Shown: positions 47,323 to 57,873, numbered from the stretch's first letter. The stretch: DNA of 64,000 nucleotides from Acidimicrobiia bacterium (GCA_040289475.1 PSLF01000003.1:91418-155417), one strand, 5' to 3'. Made by a program: numbers and translations. Notes: a model not told the origin generated them from the letters alone.

Positions 47323-48843
47323 TTAGTCGTCTTCGGGATTTTCCAGAATCAGCCCTCTTCCTTCACAACGATCGCATTTGCGAGAAAACGCCTCCAGCAA
47401 TCCCTCGGACACGTTCTTCCGGGTCATTTCGAGCAAACCCAATTCTGAGATGTCGAAAACCTGAGTGCGCGTTCGATCGCGAGCAAGACACTCCCTGAAG
47501 GTCTGGAGCACCTGTTCGCGATTTCGCCTCATCTCCATATCGATGAAATCGATAATGATGATTCCCCCGATGTCTCTCAGCCGGAGCTGTCGGCTAATTT
47601 CTTCAGCTGCTTCTAGGTTGTTCTGGAACACGGTCTCCTCGAGGGTCGATTTGCCGACATTCTTTCCAGTATTTACGTCGATTACGGTTAGAGCTTCGGT
47701 CCGATCGATCACTATGTGGCCTCCAGAGCGGAGCCACACCTTTCTGGACAGTGCTTTATGGAGTTGCTCAATAATGTGGTACTTTTCGAAAAGGGGTAGA
47801 GGCTCGTCAGGCGAGTAGAGCTCTACGTTGTCCTTGAAGTCCGGCGCGTACACCGAGAGCATCTCCAGGACCGACTTGTAGGTCTCTTTGTCGTCGATCA
47901 CAACTCGAGAGAAGTCGGGACCGAACGTCTCCCTGAATACCCGAAGAACAATCTCGGGCTCTTGGTACAGCAGCGCAGGTGGCTTCAAGGAAAGCGCCCT
48001 GTCATATATCTCATACCAGGTTTGACTTAGTCGTTCGATCTCTCGGGCGACATAGTCTCCCCTTGCACCTAACGCAGCCGTCCGAATGATGATCCCAAAT
48101 CCGTCTGGCTTGACTCGCTTTGCGAGTTTCCTCAACCTTTCCCGTTCGTCATCGGGGAGACGACGACTTATACCTTGAATATCAGATTCTGGAACCAACA
48201 CGACGAAGCGCCCTGGCAGGGTGATTTGGGTCGTAAGCCTCGGTCCTTTGGTCCCCATCGGGTCTTTGGTCACCTGGACTATGACGGGATCGCCCTTTGA
48301 GAGGACCTCCTCGATTTTGGGACGGGCCGTCACGTCAATGTCTGCCTCGTCCCACTGGACATCGCCCACGTATAGGACGCCATTTTTCGAGGTACCGATG
48401 TCTACAAAGGCCGCCTCCATACCGGGCAGAACGTTCTGGACCCTTCCGTAGTAGATGTTCCCTGCTATGGACTCGTGGTCTTTCCGGGATACGTAATGCT
48501 CGACTAGGGTCCCGTTCTCGAGTATCGCCACTTGGGTGCGGGACTTTCCTACGTGGACAAGCATCTCTTTCTCTATTCCGGACCCTGCTGCCGCGATCAG
48601 GTGGGCAGTTCTTGCAATTTCTTTGGAGGCAGTTGCAGTAGCGCGCCGAGGACCTTTTGTCTGCGCTCGGTCGCTCCGACTAACAGTGCGCCTGTGGGAC
48701 CCAGTGGGCTCTTGACCCCCTCTAGAAGAGACCCTCTGTTTTCCCTGAGATCTCCGCTCTACCTTCGGCTGAGCCTGTCGGGCCGACAGACGCTTTGGCG
48801 ACTTTGGACCTTTGTCGCCGAAAAGCCGCTTGAATACCCACAT
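47323..48843 (-). CDS. rne: Ribonuclease E/G family endoribonuclease (catalytic domain only, with ~90-aa basic N-terminal tail)
   Basis: 506 aa. An S1 domain and DNase-I-like catalytic core (...GGIIIIDFIDM...) are present. It is upstream of rplU-rpmA-obg, as in Gram-positive genomes. The N-terminal 90 aa are Arg/Lys/Ser-rich. Confidence 0.85.
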   Translation of the reverse strand: MWVFKRLFGDKGPKSPKRLSARQAQPKVERRSQGKQRVSSRGGQEPTGSHRRTVSRSDRAQTKGPRRATATASKEIARTAHLIAAAGSGIEKEMLVHVGKSRTQVAILENGTLVEHYVSRKDHESIAGNIYYGRVQNVLPGMEAAFVDIGTSKNGVLYVGDVQWDEADIDVTARPKIEEVLSKGDPVIVQVTKDPMGTKGPRLTTQITLPGRFVVLVPESDIQGISRRLPDDERERLRKLAKRVKPDGFGIIIRTAALGARGDYVAREIERLSQTWYEIYDRALSLKPPALLYQEPEIVLRVFRETFGPDFSRVVIDDKETYKSVLEMLSVYAPDFKDNVELYSPDEPLPLFEKYHIIEQLHKALSRKVWLRSGGHIVIDRTEALTVIDVNTGKNVGKSTLEETVFQNNLEAAEEISRQLRLRDIGGIIIIDFIDMEMRRNREQVLQTFRECLARDRTRTQVFDISELGLLEMTRKNVSEGLLEAFSRKCDRCEGRGLILENPEDD

Positions 48844-48864
48844 CTTTTGTCAGTTCCTTCTGCT

Positions 48865-49770
48865 TCATGGTGCGGAATCCCATAGCTCGATGCTCTCGTC
48901 GATACTGCGGAGTCCGCTCTCGTCTTGCCAATACTGTGCGGTCCGCCTGACCAGCCGTGGGCCCCAGATTGCCTCCCCTTCAAGGGCGCTTAGAACTGAT
49001 TCGGGTCGTAATACATATGGCTTCGTGCGCAATCGCATAAGCACCTTTGGAGCTTCCTCTAGACTGGCCGACAAACCTATCTCCCCTTCTTCTTCACCTC
49101 TGGGCCGCCACACGTCGACGATCATTTGCCGTATGTCTTCGACGATCGACTCGCCCCGACGTATCCGTGTAGCCGGCACGTGGTCTCGGCTGAGAAGTTC
49201 GTCGACGGACGACCACAGCTTCGTCTCGAAAGCACCGCTCTCACGGGTGTCTTTCTCTCCAGAGCCCTCGCCCAATTCCAATACGACCAAGTAATCCGCT
49301 ACCTCTGCGAGGTCGGAGAGGCTTCGTCCGCCCTGTCGCAGCGGGCCTGCTGCCCGGATCTGAAGGCCCTGAGGGAGCGAGGTCCCTACTCTCTCTCGTA
49401 GATCGCGCTCTTTGACTTCGCCCGCGAAGCGTACGTCTAGATACTCGGCTACGCTTTCCCACCCAACCGGGAGAGCAAGCCCGAACGCCATTTTCGGATG
49501 AGGACTAAAGCCATGTGTGAACTCGAGAGGAAGTTTGGACCTACGAAATGCACGCTCCCATACCCGTGCTAGATCTCGGTGCCCAAGAAACCGAAGCTTT
49601 CCTAATTTAGAGTACTTTATCCGGATCGCAGGTGATTCCAAGAAATCCGGCGCTATATACCGCAGAGAAGTCCGGCGGGTGAGAAGCTCATACGCACGGC
49701 AACGTCTGACCGGTACCCTGGCTCCCTCCCGCCGGGGCAGTCTTGGAAGCCACGAGGTTCTCAACCCCAT
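48865..49770 (-). CDS. TIGR03936-like (DUF2344) radical-SAM-associated protein
   Basis: Conserved IRIKYSKLGKLRFLGHRDLARVWERAFRR motif. The track ORF overlaps the upstream radical-SAM gene by 83 nt, out of frame. The first possible start after that gene's stop is TTG at 49641. The start is uncertain. Confidence 0.6.
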   Translation of the reverse strand: MGLRTSWLPRLPRREGARVPVRRCRAYELLTRRTSLRYIAPDFLESPAIRIKYSKLGKLRFLGHRDLARVWERAFRRSKLPLEFTHGFSPHPKMAFGLALPVGWESVAEYLDVRFAGEVKERDLRERVGTSLPQGLQIRAAGPLRQGGRSLSDLAEVADYLVVLELGEGSGEKDTRESGAFETKLWSSVDELLSRDHVPATRIRRGESIVEDIRQMIVDVWRPRGEEEGEIGLSASLEEAPKVLMRLRTKPYVLRPESVLSALEGEAIWGPRLVRRTAQYWQDESGLRSIDESIELWDSAP

Positions 49771-51721
49771 AGGTCATGCAAACGCCGCAATCGTAGCAAG
49801 GCGTCCAACGACAATCCTCGACATATCCTGCCTCCAGAGAGGATTGCCAATCCTCATACAGCCACTCCTTGTATATCCCCACGCTTACGTGATCCCACGG
49901 CAGTGGCTCCTCGGGATTGAACTCGCGGTAGCAGTACTGCGCTAGGTCAATCCCCGATGCCTCGCACGCCTTCAACCACCGCTCAAAGCTAAAGTGCTCG
50001 GACCACTCCTGGAAAACGCCTCCCTTTCTCCATACATGCTCTAGGACATAGCCGACCCGACGATCCCCCCTTGATAGCAGCGCCTCTATTACCGAGGCTT
50101 CGGGATCGTGCCATCTAAGGCGGACTCCGCTGCGAAGCGAAACCGACTTGATGACAGATATTCGACGTCTAGCTTCTTCGGGGTCGATTTGGGAAGCCCA
50201 CTGAAAGGGGGTATGGGCCTTAGGAACGAACACACCTACCGATAGGGTCACCTGCGGGTGCTTGGTGTACTTTCTTCCAATCTCATAAACACGATTCCCC
50301 AGATGGCCGATCGCAGCCACGTCCTCGTCGGTCTCGGTAGGGAGTCCAATCATGAAGTATAGCTTCACCCTCCTCCATCCCTGCGAGAATGCCGAGTCAA
50401 CTGCACCGGTCAAATCCTCGTCGGTAATGAGCTTGTTTATCACCCTACGAAGGCGCCAAGTTCCTGCCTCTGGGGCGAAAGTCAGCCCCGTCTTCTTTAC
50501 CCGCTGCACTTGAGACGCTAGCCCAACCGTAAAAGCATCAACACGAAGGCTAGGGAGGCTCAAAGACACGCGCGACCGTTCCATCTCGTCCATCAGCGAC
50601 TCAGTGACGTTTTCGATACCCGAAAAGTCCGCAGAGCTAAGGCTTAGAAGGGACACGTCTTCATATCCTGTCTTAGCCAACCCCTCTTTGATCATCCGCT
50701 CTACCTGTTGTCTAGGTCGCTCCCTAACAGGTCGGGTGATCATGCCAGCCTGACAAAACCTACATCCTCTGGTGCACCCCCTAAACACTTCGACGTTGAG
50801 CCTGTCGTGAATGACCTCCGTCAGAGGAACCAGAGGATTTTTGGGGTAGGGGTAGTCGGCAATCGAAACAACAGTTCGCCGCTCTACTCGCTCGGGAACC
50901 CCCTGAACCGTAGGTTCGGTTTTTTTCAAACGCCCAGAACTTGTGTACACAGGGCGGTAAAAAGCAGGTACGTACACGCCCTCCAGGCGAGCGAGCTCCA
51001 AGAGCGCCTCGCGCTTGGCTCTCAGAGCCTCATCGCCAGGATTTCCCAGAAGCATCCCACGCCGGGGACTCGAATCGGAGCGTGCTACCTCCAAAAGAGT
51101 CGCTTTGAGCTTGCGAACTACGCTGGCAATCTCGAGTATGACTTCCTCGCCGTCACCAATTACTAACGCATCGCAAAACTCCGCCAATGGCTCGGGGTTG
51201 TGAACAGCGTGTCCCCCGGCAATCACCAAAGGGTCGTTAGGCGATCTTTGCGATGACCTGACCGAATATCCCGCCAGATCTATGAGGTTCAAGACATTTG
51301 TGTACACAAGCTCACTCGGGCAGGTAAAAGCAAGCACGTCAAAAGCACTCGCTGGCAAGTGGTTGTCGAGCGAGAACAGGGGGAGACCCCTCTTTCTCAT
51401 AGCCTCTTCGAGGTCCGGCCATGGTGCAAAAGCTCTTTCAGCAAGTGCCCCGGGAGTCTCGTTCAGGATCTCATAGAGGATGGCTAGACCTAAGTTCGGT
51501 TGCCCAACCTCGTAAGTGTCCGGAAAGATGAGCAAGAACTTAGCCGCGAGAGGGTCGTCATGACGGGGTGGTACGAGGTTGATCTCCGAGCCGATGTATC
51601 GGGCCGGCTTTTCTACGTGCGCGAGAAGCGGCTCCAGTCTTTCCCACAACGACACGGGAGGTTCGATACTCGCTGGAGCCGTGGCGACTCTTATGTCGCA
51701 AGCTTTGTGAAATTCCTTCAT
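49688..51721 (-). CDS. TIGR03960-like radical-SAM protein (B12-binding-like N-domain + radical SAM core)
   Basis: 677 aa. Has the CxxxCxxC radical-SAM motif (FRGCTRGCRFCQAG). It is paired with the DUF2344 protein and located between the rodA/mre cluster and RNase E/G. Confidence 0.7.
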   Translation of the reverse strand: MKEFHKACDIRVATAPASIEPPVSLWERLEPLLAHVEKPARYIGSEINLVPPRHDDPLAAKFLLIFPDTYEVGQPNLGLAILYEILNETPGALAERAFAPWPDLEEAMRKRGLPLFSLDNHLPASAFDVLAFTCPSELVYTNVLNLIDLAGYSVRSSQRSPNDPLVIAGGHAVHNPEPLAEFCDALVIGDGEEVILEIASVVRKLKATLLEVARSDSSPRRGMLLGNPGDEALRAKREALLELARLEGVYVPAFYRPVYTSSGRLKKTEPTVQGVPERVERRTVVSIADYPYPKNPLVPLTEVIHDRLNVEVFRGCTRGCRFCQAGMITRPVRERPRQQVERMIKEGLAKTGYEDVSLLSLSSADFSGIENVTESLMDEMERSRVSLSLPSLRVDAFTVGLASQVQRVKKTGLTFAPEAGTWRLRRVINKLITDEDLTGAVDSAFSQGWRRVKLYFMIGLPTETDEDVAAIGHLGNRVYEIGRKYTKHPQVTLSVGVFVPKAHTPFQWASQIDPEEARRRISVIKSVSLRSGVRLRWHDPEASVIEALLSRGDRRVGYVLEHVWRKGGVFQEWSEHFSFERWLKACEASGIDLAQYCYREFNPEEPLPWDHVSVGIYKEWLYEDWQSSLEAGYVEDCRWTPCYDCGVCMTYGVENLVASKTAPAGGSQGTGQTLPCV

Positions 51722-52783
51722 TCAGGCAAAGCGGCGCAGGTAGACGCTGTGCGAGATACCCAGTGCCGCAGAGGTGGCGAGCATCGAAGAACCCCCATAC
51801 GACAGAAGCGGCAGAGGTATTCCGGTTATCGGCATTATTCCCATCGTCATACCGGCGTTTTCGAAAACATGGAACATCATCATTAAGCACGTCCCCCCCG
51901 CGATTAGCGCACCGAACAACTCACGGCTTACCGAGGCAGTTCGAAGCAATCTCCAACAAAGTAGAGCGTATAGGGCGATCACCAGCGTTGCTCCCACAAA
52001 TCCCAGCTGTTCCCCTATAGCCGTGAATATGAAGTCGGTGCACTGCTCCGGAACGTAAGCCAATTTGGTTTGAGTAGCTTTGGAGAAGCCTTTGCCAAGC
52101 CATCCTCCAGACCCTATGGCGATCTTGGATTGAGCGAGATTGTATGCTACTGGATTCTGGTACGTCCTGGCAGTGTCCTGGCTCGCGAACACCGTCAGTC
52201 TCTGTCTCTGGTACTCTGCGACGAGAGGGGAGGAAAACGCAGCTATTGCCAAGACAGCACCGACCACTGCCATAACAGCCAAATGCTTCGCCCGCACTCC
52301 GCCGAACAAAAGTACCCCTACAAATACCACCAAATACACCAAGGTCTGACCCAAGTCCGGTTCTATGAGAACTAGAAAACAAGGCACCCCGGCGAACAAG
52401 ACGAGGCGCTTGAGGTTTTCGAGATCGATTTCTCCTCGCAACTCTGAGACCATGTAGGCGAGAGCTACAATAAGAACAACCTTTCCCAACTCAGATGGCT
52501 GTGCTTTGAGAATCCCTAAGTTGAACCAGGCTCTCGTACCTCTCGTGAACGAGCCAACTACTAGGACAAGAACGAGAGCAGCTATCAAAAAGCCATACAG
52601 GGTGAGTGCATATCCCTTGAGAACGTGGTAGTCGAGCAGAGAAGCGCCAATAAAAGCTCCGATGCCGAGAATTACCCACAAGAGGTGACGAGGCCAAGAA
52701 CAGCCAGCCGATGTGACGCTCATAAGTAAGCCCATTGCAAGCAACCCTATGTACGAGCCACACAAAACTTTGTCGACGCGCAC
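51722..52783 (-). CDS. rodA: SEDS-family peptidoglycan glycosyltransferase RodA
   Basis: 353 aa with about 10 TM helices. It lies downstream of PBP2 in the mre cluster. Confidence 0.85.
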   Translation of the reverse strand: MRVDKVLCGSYIGLLAMGLLMSVTSAGCSWPRHLLWVILGIGAFIGASLLDYHVLKGYALTLYGFLIAALVLVLVVGSFTRGTRAWFNLGILKAQPSELGKVVLIVALAYMVSELRGEIDLENLKRLVLFAGVPCFLVLIEPDLGQTLVYLVVFVGVLLFGGVRAKHLAVMAVVGAVLAIAAFSSPLVAEYQRQRLTVFASQDTARTYQNPVAYNLAQSKIAIGSGGWLGKGFSKATQTKLAYVPEQCTDFIFTAIGEQLGFVGATLVIALYALLCWRLLRTASVSRELFGALIAGGTCLMMMFHVFENAGMTMGIMPITGIPLPLLSYGGSSMLATSAALGISHSVYLRRFA

Positions 52784-52890
52784 GATTCCTCTGATCTCCC
52801 CTCGGGTCTAGCTGCAGAGTCTAGCTAGCCAGCCTCCGCTGCTCGAACCATGCATGGCAGATATGCTCCGACGAGTAACACGAGTCCGCA

Positions 52891-54843
52891 TCAATCTCCA
52901 CCACTCCCTGCACTGGAGGCAACGACTTGAGAGAGGTTCGAGACCGAGACCTTGGCTAGTACTTCCATTATTCTCCGGGCCACAGGAGCAGCGGCCTCCG
53001 AGCCGTGGCCGCCCCCTTCGACTATAACCGCGACCACCCAACGCGGGTTGTTCAAAGGCCCTACCCCCACAAAAAGCGAGTTATCGCGCTTTCCTTTTAT
53101 CTCTGCTGTGCCAGTCTTACCGCCAACTGGAACCTGAGAATGCGGCCATCCTACAAATGCCTTTGCAGCCGTCCCGCCTTGGACCACACCCGCCAGGTAC
53201 TGTTCGACAGATCGAAGTGTCTCTGGAGATAGCGATACCGAGCGCGCAACCTCAGGAGTCGACTGGGCCACAGTGGAGCCGTCTGGACCCACAACCCTCA
53301 GCATGATGTGTGGCTTGAATACCTTTCCGCCTCCAGCCAGTGCCGCATAAGCCTGGGCCAACTGTATCGGAGTCACGAGGAGGTCACCCTGTCCAACCGA
53401 CATATTGATGTTGTCTCCTGGATACCATCTGGAGTTCTCCTTGTTGGGATCGTTATTGTTGACTCTCAGCTTCCAAGCTGGGTCAGGGACGCGGCCCGGC
53501 TGCTCTCCGGGCAAATCGACTCCTGTAGGAGTGCCCAGACCAAACTCGCGCAGATCCTGTTGCATGACGTCTTGGCCGGTTTGACGGTATCGCTGGTAAT
53601 ACATCCATCCCAAGTTGTAGAAGTACACATCGCAGCTTTGAGCAATCGCCTTGGCTAGATCGGGATAGCCATGCCCAGACTTCGTCCAATCCTTGAACTC
53701 CTTGCCGGTTAGATCTCCCGGGACTACGTACTTGCCGGGGCAAGCAAAAGTCGTCTGAGGCGTGATCATCCCTTCTTGGATCGCTGCCGCCGCAAGCACA
53801 GGCTTGAGAGTGGAAGCCGGGGGGTACTGCCCCTGCAATGCCCGGTTCTGCAATGGATACAGAAGGGCAGGATCGTTCAAACGCTCCCAGTCTTTCTGAG
53901 AGATGCCCGCCGCTATAGCCCGTAGGTCGAACGATGGATGAGAAGCAATCGCGATAATTTCACCCGTTTGAGGGTCCAAGACGACCGCAGCAGCCCCCTT
54001 GAGCTTCGCGGTTCTCGAAGCCAGAGGGTTGTACATACTCTCCACACCGCCCGCCACCTCGGCAAGAGATTCCTCGACAACCCACTGGACGTCCGAGTCT
54101 ATGGTGAGGACAACATCGGATCCTCGAACTGGTGGCTTGTACTCAACCTCGCCGACAACTTTCCCCTTGGAGGTAACTTCTAAAGACCTACGGCCTGCCT
54201 CACCCCGCAAAACCTTGTCGTATTGCTGCTCCACTCCGGCACGCCCAACTTTGTCAGCAAGCGAATAGGAAGCATCTTCCTCCAACAGCTCCTTGGTAAC
54301 TGGAGCCACGTACCCCAACACGTGCGGGGCGAGCGGACCTCCGCCGCCAGGCCCGAGGGCGTACTCCCTTACTGCTCGGATCTCTGCTTCAACGCCTTGG
54401 AACTCATCCCGGTGTTCATACAAATAAATGATCTTCTCTCTTGGAACATCCTCCGCGATGACAATGGGCGCCAATTGTCCAGCGGCTTCCTCGAGCTTTT
54501 TGGCGATTTCGTCAGGCCAGACAGGGACCGCTCTAGTGGAGAGTAAAGCCGATAATCGCGCTGCCAGTTCGCTCCTCGAACTCGCAGGGGGAAGTTGGGT
54601 CGGATCGACGGTGATCGCATACGCCGACCTATTGCCCACTAGATCTTTGCCGTTGCGGTCGAGAATTCTTCCACGGGGTGCAGGAATGTAGATTTCTCGG
54701 ATACGATTCGACTCGGCAAGTCGCTCGTATCGGGAAGCTGAGAGCCCCTGAAGATACCATAGGCGCGCCAACAACGAGACGAGAAGGGCTACTCCAACCA
54801 CCCCCACTGCAGCAACCCTGAAGCGAAACTGTTCGCCTAGCAC
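52891..54843 (-). CDS. mrdA: Penicillin-binding protein 2 (class B transpeptidase)
   Basis: 650 aa. Features: N-terminal TM, PBP dimer domain, and a transpeptidase domain with SxxK (ASTLKP), SxN and KTG(T) (GGKTGTAE) motifs. Confidence 0.88.
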   Translation of the reverse strand: MLGEQFRFRVAAVGVVGVALLVSLLARLWYLQGLSASRYERLAESNRIREIYIPAPRGRILDRNGKDLVGNRSAYAITVDPTQLPPASSRSELAARLSALLSTRAVPVWPDEIAKKLEEAAGQLAPIVIAEDVPREKIIYLYEHRDEFQGVEAEIRAVREYALGPGGGGPLAPHVLGYVAPVTKELLEEDASYSLADKVGRAGVEQQYDKVLRGEAGRRSLEVTSKGKVVGEVEYKPPVRGSDVVLTIDSDVQWVVEESLAEVAGGVESMYNPLASRTAKLKGAAAVVLDPQTGEIIAIASHPSFDLRAIAAGISQKDWERLNDPALLYPLQNRALQGQYPPASTLKPVLAAAAIQEGMITPQTTFACPGKYVVPGDLTGKEFKDWTKSGHGYPDLAKAIAQSCDVYFYNLGWMYYQRYRQTGQDVMQQDLREFGLGTPTGVDLPGEQPGRVPDPAWKLRVNNNDPNKENSRWYPGDNINMSVGQGDLLVTPIQLAQAYAALAGGGKVFKPHIMLRVVGPDGSTVAQSTPEVARSVSLSPETLRSVEQYLAGVVQGGTAAKAFVGWPHSQVPVGGKTGTAEIKGKRDNSLFVGVGPLNNPRWVVAVIVEGGGHGSEAAAPVARRIMEVLAKVSVSNLSQVVASSAGSGGD

Positions 54844-54870
54844 GTAGCTAGCTCCTTGGATCTCTAAAAG

Positions 54871-55356
54871 TCAAAATGGCTGTTGCTCTACCCAAATACC
54901 AACCTTGCGCACCAGTAAGTTCCAAGGAATTGCCAAAAAGGCAGTGTAAATCGCTGCAGGAAGGATCCGACCCCAGGAGAACCCTGATCCGAACAGGAAT
55001 GCGATGAATCGGTAGGCAATTTCTGCCGCTGCAGCAGCAACCAACGTCGAGATAGGGAGCAATCCTCCGTATGGATGGACAACGACCTCTCGCATGCGAC
55101 CAGCAATCAATCCTGCAATCGTAAACACGAGTGCCGCTATCCCCAGACGGGGGGCTCCGATATATAGATCCTGTAGGAGTCCGCCCAAAAATCCCACTGC
55201 GCTTCCTCTCTCGCCCCCAGCATGTAACCCGGCCAGCCATGCAGTAGCTAAAACCAGCTCGGGAGTGGCGCCGAATAGGCGCAAAGAGGGGAACACCCCC
55301 GCTTGCAGAAGCAATGCCAAAAAGACGAGGCCGCCGTAACCAAGTACCTTACGCAT
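54871..55356 (-). CDS. mreD: Rod shape-determining protein MreD
   Basis: 161 aa. Small polytopic membrane protein located between mreC and PBP2. Confidence 0.7.
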   Translation of the reverse strand: MRKVLGYGGLVFLALLLQAGVFPSLRLFGATPELVLATAWLAGLHAGGERGSAVGFLGGLLQDLYIGAPRLGIAALVFTIAGLIAGRMREVVVHPYGGLLPISTLVAAAAAEIAYRFIAFLFGSGFSWGRILPAAIYTAFLAIPWNLLVRKVGIWVEQQPF

Positions 55357-55365
55357 CCTTGAGCC

Positions 55366-56268
55366 TCAACCTTGCCCTTTGTACACGAGGACTCTGACGT
55401 ACTCTAGCCTCGAGAGGTTTACCGCTGGCTGGACTCGAATGTTCGATTCCAAAGCTCCAGTCGAGCGGTCGAGTTGTGCGACCCTTCCTATGGGAATATC
55501 GGGAGGAAATGCGGAGCCGCTAGCAGCCCCCGACGTTACGACAAGCTCACCTACTTGCACGTCGACTCTGGGATCTATGAGACGAAGGGGGAGGGTCTCC
55601 GAACCATCCCCTGCTACGGCCCCGATATCCCTAGAGTTCGCCAAACGGGCCCCAGCCCCAAAGCGCGGGTCGATGACAAGTCTCACCCGCGATGCGGTAA
55701 GAGATACCTCTTCTACAATCCCGACTAGACCGTCAGGATCGACGACCGGAAATCCCTCGACTATTCCGTCCTTGGAGCCAGCGTTTATAAGAACGCTCGC
55801 GTCGGCGTTCGACTCCCTAGGAACTATGACGCGCGCCACAACGCCCCTAATCTTGGACGACTCGTGAAGCTGAAGCATTCTTTCAAGCTGTTCTATTCGA
55901 GACTTCGCCCCGAGCGATCCTTGTGATTCTTCTCTCAATCGCTTGATTTCTTCACGCAAACGTTCGTTCTCTTCACGAAGTCTCCCTGCATTCACGATTC
56001 CGTCTACGAAGCCAACGACTGGGTAGGTGACCGAAGCTACGGCGTGGTCCACAGGAGCGATCGCTGAAAACGTGGCTCTCTTAAGCGGCGCTACCAACGA
56101 TTCCGGTACGAGTAAAAAAAGGATCGAAACGGCTACGAGGACGATGGATCGGCGAGTTGGAAAAGAGCGAACGGGCCTCTTGGGCAGCACGATAGCTGGT
56201 GCGGCCCAGCTCAGCGGTGTGTGGTAGAAGCGAGGACAGCGCGCAAGGCTGCGAATTCCTCTAGGCAC
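55366..56268 (-). CDS. mreC: Rod shape-determining protein MreC
   Basis: 300 aa. Features: N-terminal TM, coiled coil ([17 protein letters not shown]) and beta-rich C-domain. The track start overlaps the mreB 3' end by 58 nt; the true start is possibly internal. Confidence 0.8.
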   Translation of the reverse strand: MPRGIRSLARCPRFYHTPLSWAAPAIVLPKRPVRSFPTRRSIVLVAVSILFLLVPESLVAPLKRATFSAIAPVDHAVASVTYPVVGFVDGIVNAGRLREENERLREEIKRLREESQGSLGAKSRIEQLERMLQLHESSKIRGVVARVIVPRESNADASVLINAGSKDGIVEGFPVVDPDGLVGIVEEVSLTASRVRLVIDPRFGAGARLANSRDIGAVAGDGSETLPLRLIDPRVDVQVGELVVTSGAASGSAFPPDIPIGRVAQLDRSTGALESNIRVQPAVNLSRLEYVRVLVYKGQG

Positions 56269-57239
56269 TGGCCCGAGCCGATCGCTACGGAGTAGAGAGC
56301 GTTTTCGGCTACCTTGATAGGCATTCCCGTCTCATGGTGCAAGCGAGCATCCAAACTTCTGAGGAGCGCCCCGCCACCAGTGAGTACTATACCGCGCTGC
56401 ATAATGTCAGCAGCCAACTCGGGTGGAGTTCTATCAAGAGCGATCTTCACCGCGTCTACGATCTGGCTCACTGGTTCTTCAATTGCGTCACGGATTTCCT
56501 CTGCAGAGACTACTACCGTCTTTGGGAGACCGGTAACCAGGTCGCGCCCCCTAATCTCGGCTCTTGGCTCGTCTGGAAAAGGAAATGCGGAGCCAATAGC
56601 AATCTTGACTTCTTCGGCAGTCCGCTCTCCCAAAGCGAGGTTGTACTCCTTCTTTACGAAGTTGACTATCGCCTGGTCTATCTCGTCGCCTCCTATTCTC
56701 ACGGATTCCGAGACGACTATTCCGCCTAGCGATATGACAGCAACCTCGGTGGTGCCGCCCCCTATATCGACAATCATGTTGCCTGCGGGCTCGTGCACAG
56801 GAAGACCTGCTCCGATTGCTGCCGCCATAGGCTCCTCAATTATGAAGGCGCGGCGAGCACCGGCATGAATTGCAGCCTCTTCTACTGCTCGCTGTTCAAC
56901 TGCCGTAACTCCGTTCGGTACACAGATCACGATCCTGGGTTTGGCGAACCTACCCTGATGTACTTTTTGAATGAAGTAGCGAAGCATCTTCTCGGTGATA
57001 TCGAAATCGGCAATGACGCCGTCCTTGAGGGGTCTGATCGCCTGAATATGCGAGGGTGTGCGGCCGATCATCCTCTTGGCATCGTGGCCCACCGCAAGCG
57101 GTCTGCCATCTTTGGTATTGATGGCAACGACCGACGGCTCGTTTAGCACGACGCCCTTGCCCCGGACGTAGACGAGCGTGTTAGCCGTGCCTAGATCCAC
57201 GGCCATATCACGCCCGAAGGCCCCAAAAAGTGACTCCAC
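56211..57239 (-). CDS. mreB: Rod shape-determining actin homologue MreB
   Basis: The ORF track extends to 57410. GTG at 57239 is preceded by a GAAAGG RBS and gives [25 protein letters not shown]..., which matches the canonical MreB N-terminus. Actin-fold phosphate/adenosine motifs are present. Confidence 0.88.
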   Translation of the reverse strand: MESLFGAFGRDMAVDLGTANTLVYVRGKGVVLNEPSVVAINTKDGRPLAVGHDAKRMIGRTPSHIQAIRPLKDGVIADFDITEKMLRYFIQKVHQGRFAKPRIVICVPNGVTAVEQRAVEEAAIHAGARRAFIIEEPMAAAIGAGLPVHEPAGNMIVDIGGGTTEVAVISLGGIVVSESVRIGGDEIDQAIVNFVKKEYNLALGERTAEEVKIAIGSAFPFPDEPRAEIRGRDLVTGLPKTVVVSAEEIRDAIEEPVSQIVDAVKIALDRTPPELAADIMQRGIVLTGGGALLRSLDARLHHETGMPIKVAENALYSVAIGSGQCLEEFAALRAVLASTTHR

Positions 57240-57669
57240 CCTTTCGCCGGACAACCAACCTCCGCCGCGGTCATCGCGTCGCCCCAAACCGAGCAGCCCC
57301 GCGAGTCCTCGCCCTCTAGAAGAAGGGTGTCCTATAGGCATGGCCTTACCCGGAGGCCAGCCCAGGCCCGCTCGACTGCCCTTTTCTTCGTTGTATAGTC
57401 TCTCACGCATCGCGGTAAAAATGGTGGATCTAAGCTTTGCTTGAACCCTATAGCCTTGCCTCCCAAGGCCCTGCTCGTCAACCCGAGATGTTATTTTTAG
57501 CAGTTTGGGTAGGCGAAAGCACCCTAGGAGGCTTCACAGCCAGAACCTCACACACCGCAGCGGTGGCGAGTTCAGCGGCATCTATACAGGGGACAAGGAC
57601 CAAGTCTGCGCCCAATTTGGCGTGTGCCGACGATTCTTCGTCGTTTTCTGCCGTCACGTTGCGCCACAG

Positions 57670-57740
57670 AGCGGGTGAAGGGAGTCGAACCCTCGTCACC
57701 AGCTTGGAAGGCTGGCGCTCTACCGTTGAGCTACACCCGC
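57670..57740 (-). tRNA. tRNA-Gly (anticodon UCC)
   Basis: Hand-folded from the rc sequence: GCGGGUG-UA-GCUC-AACGGUA-GAGC-G-CCAGC-CUUCCAA-GCUGG-UGAC-GAGGG-UUCGACU-CCCUU-CACCCGC-U. 71 nt. CCA is not encoded. Confidence 0.85.
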
Positions 57741-57745
57741 AGGGG

Positions 57746-57820
57746 TCGGGGTGGCCGGATTCGAACCGGCGACCTCTTGCTCCCAAAGCAAGCGCGCTAA
57801 CCAAGCTGCGCCACACCCCG
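57746..57820 (-). tRNA. tRNA-Pro (anticodon UGG)
   Basis: Hand-folded from the rc sequence: CGGGGUG-UG-GCGC-AGCUUGGUUA-GCGC-G-CUUGC-UUUGGGA-GCAAG-AGGUC-GCCGG-UUCGAAU-CCGGC-CACCCCG-A. C1:G72 is typical of bacterial tRNA-Pro. It lies 5 nt from tRNA-Gly. Confidence 0.85.
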
Positions 57821-57873
57821 ACGACCGGAGGCGCTAACCCCCGGTCTTGGCCGGGGCTCCCGTCTAGGCGGGA

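Noticed and set aside
57478-57816. 112-aa minus-strand ORF containing GRRFESG-like peptides
   Set aside because: It is the translation of the tRNA-Gly and tRNA-Pro genes; the T-arm GGTTCGAATCC gives the RFES peptide. It is not a protein.
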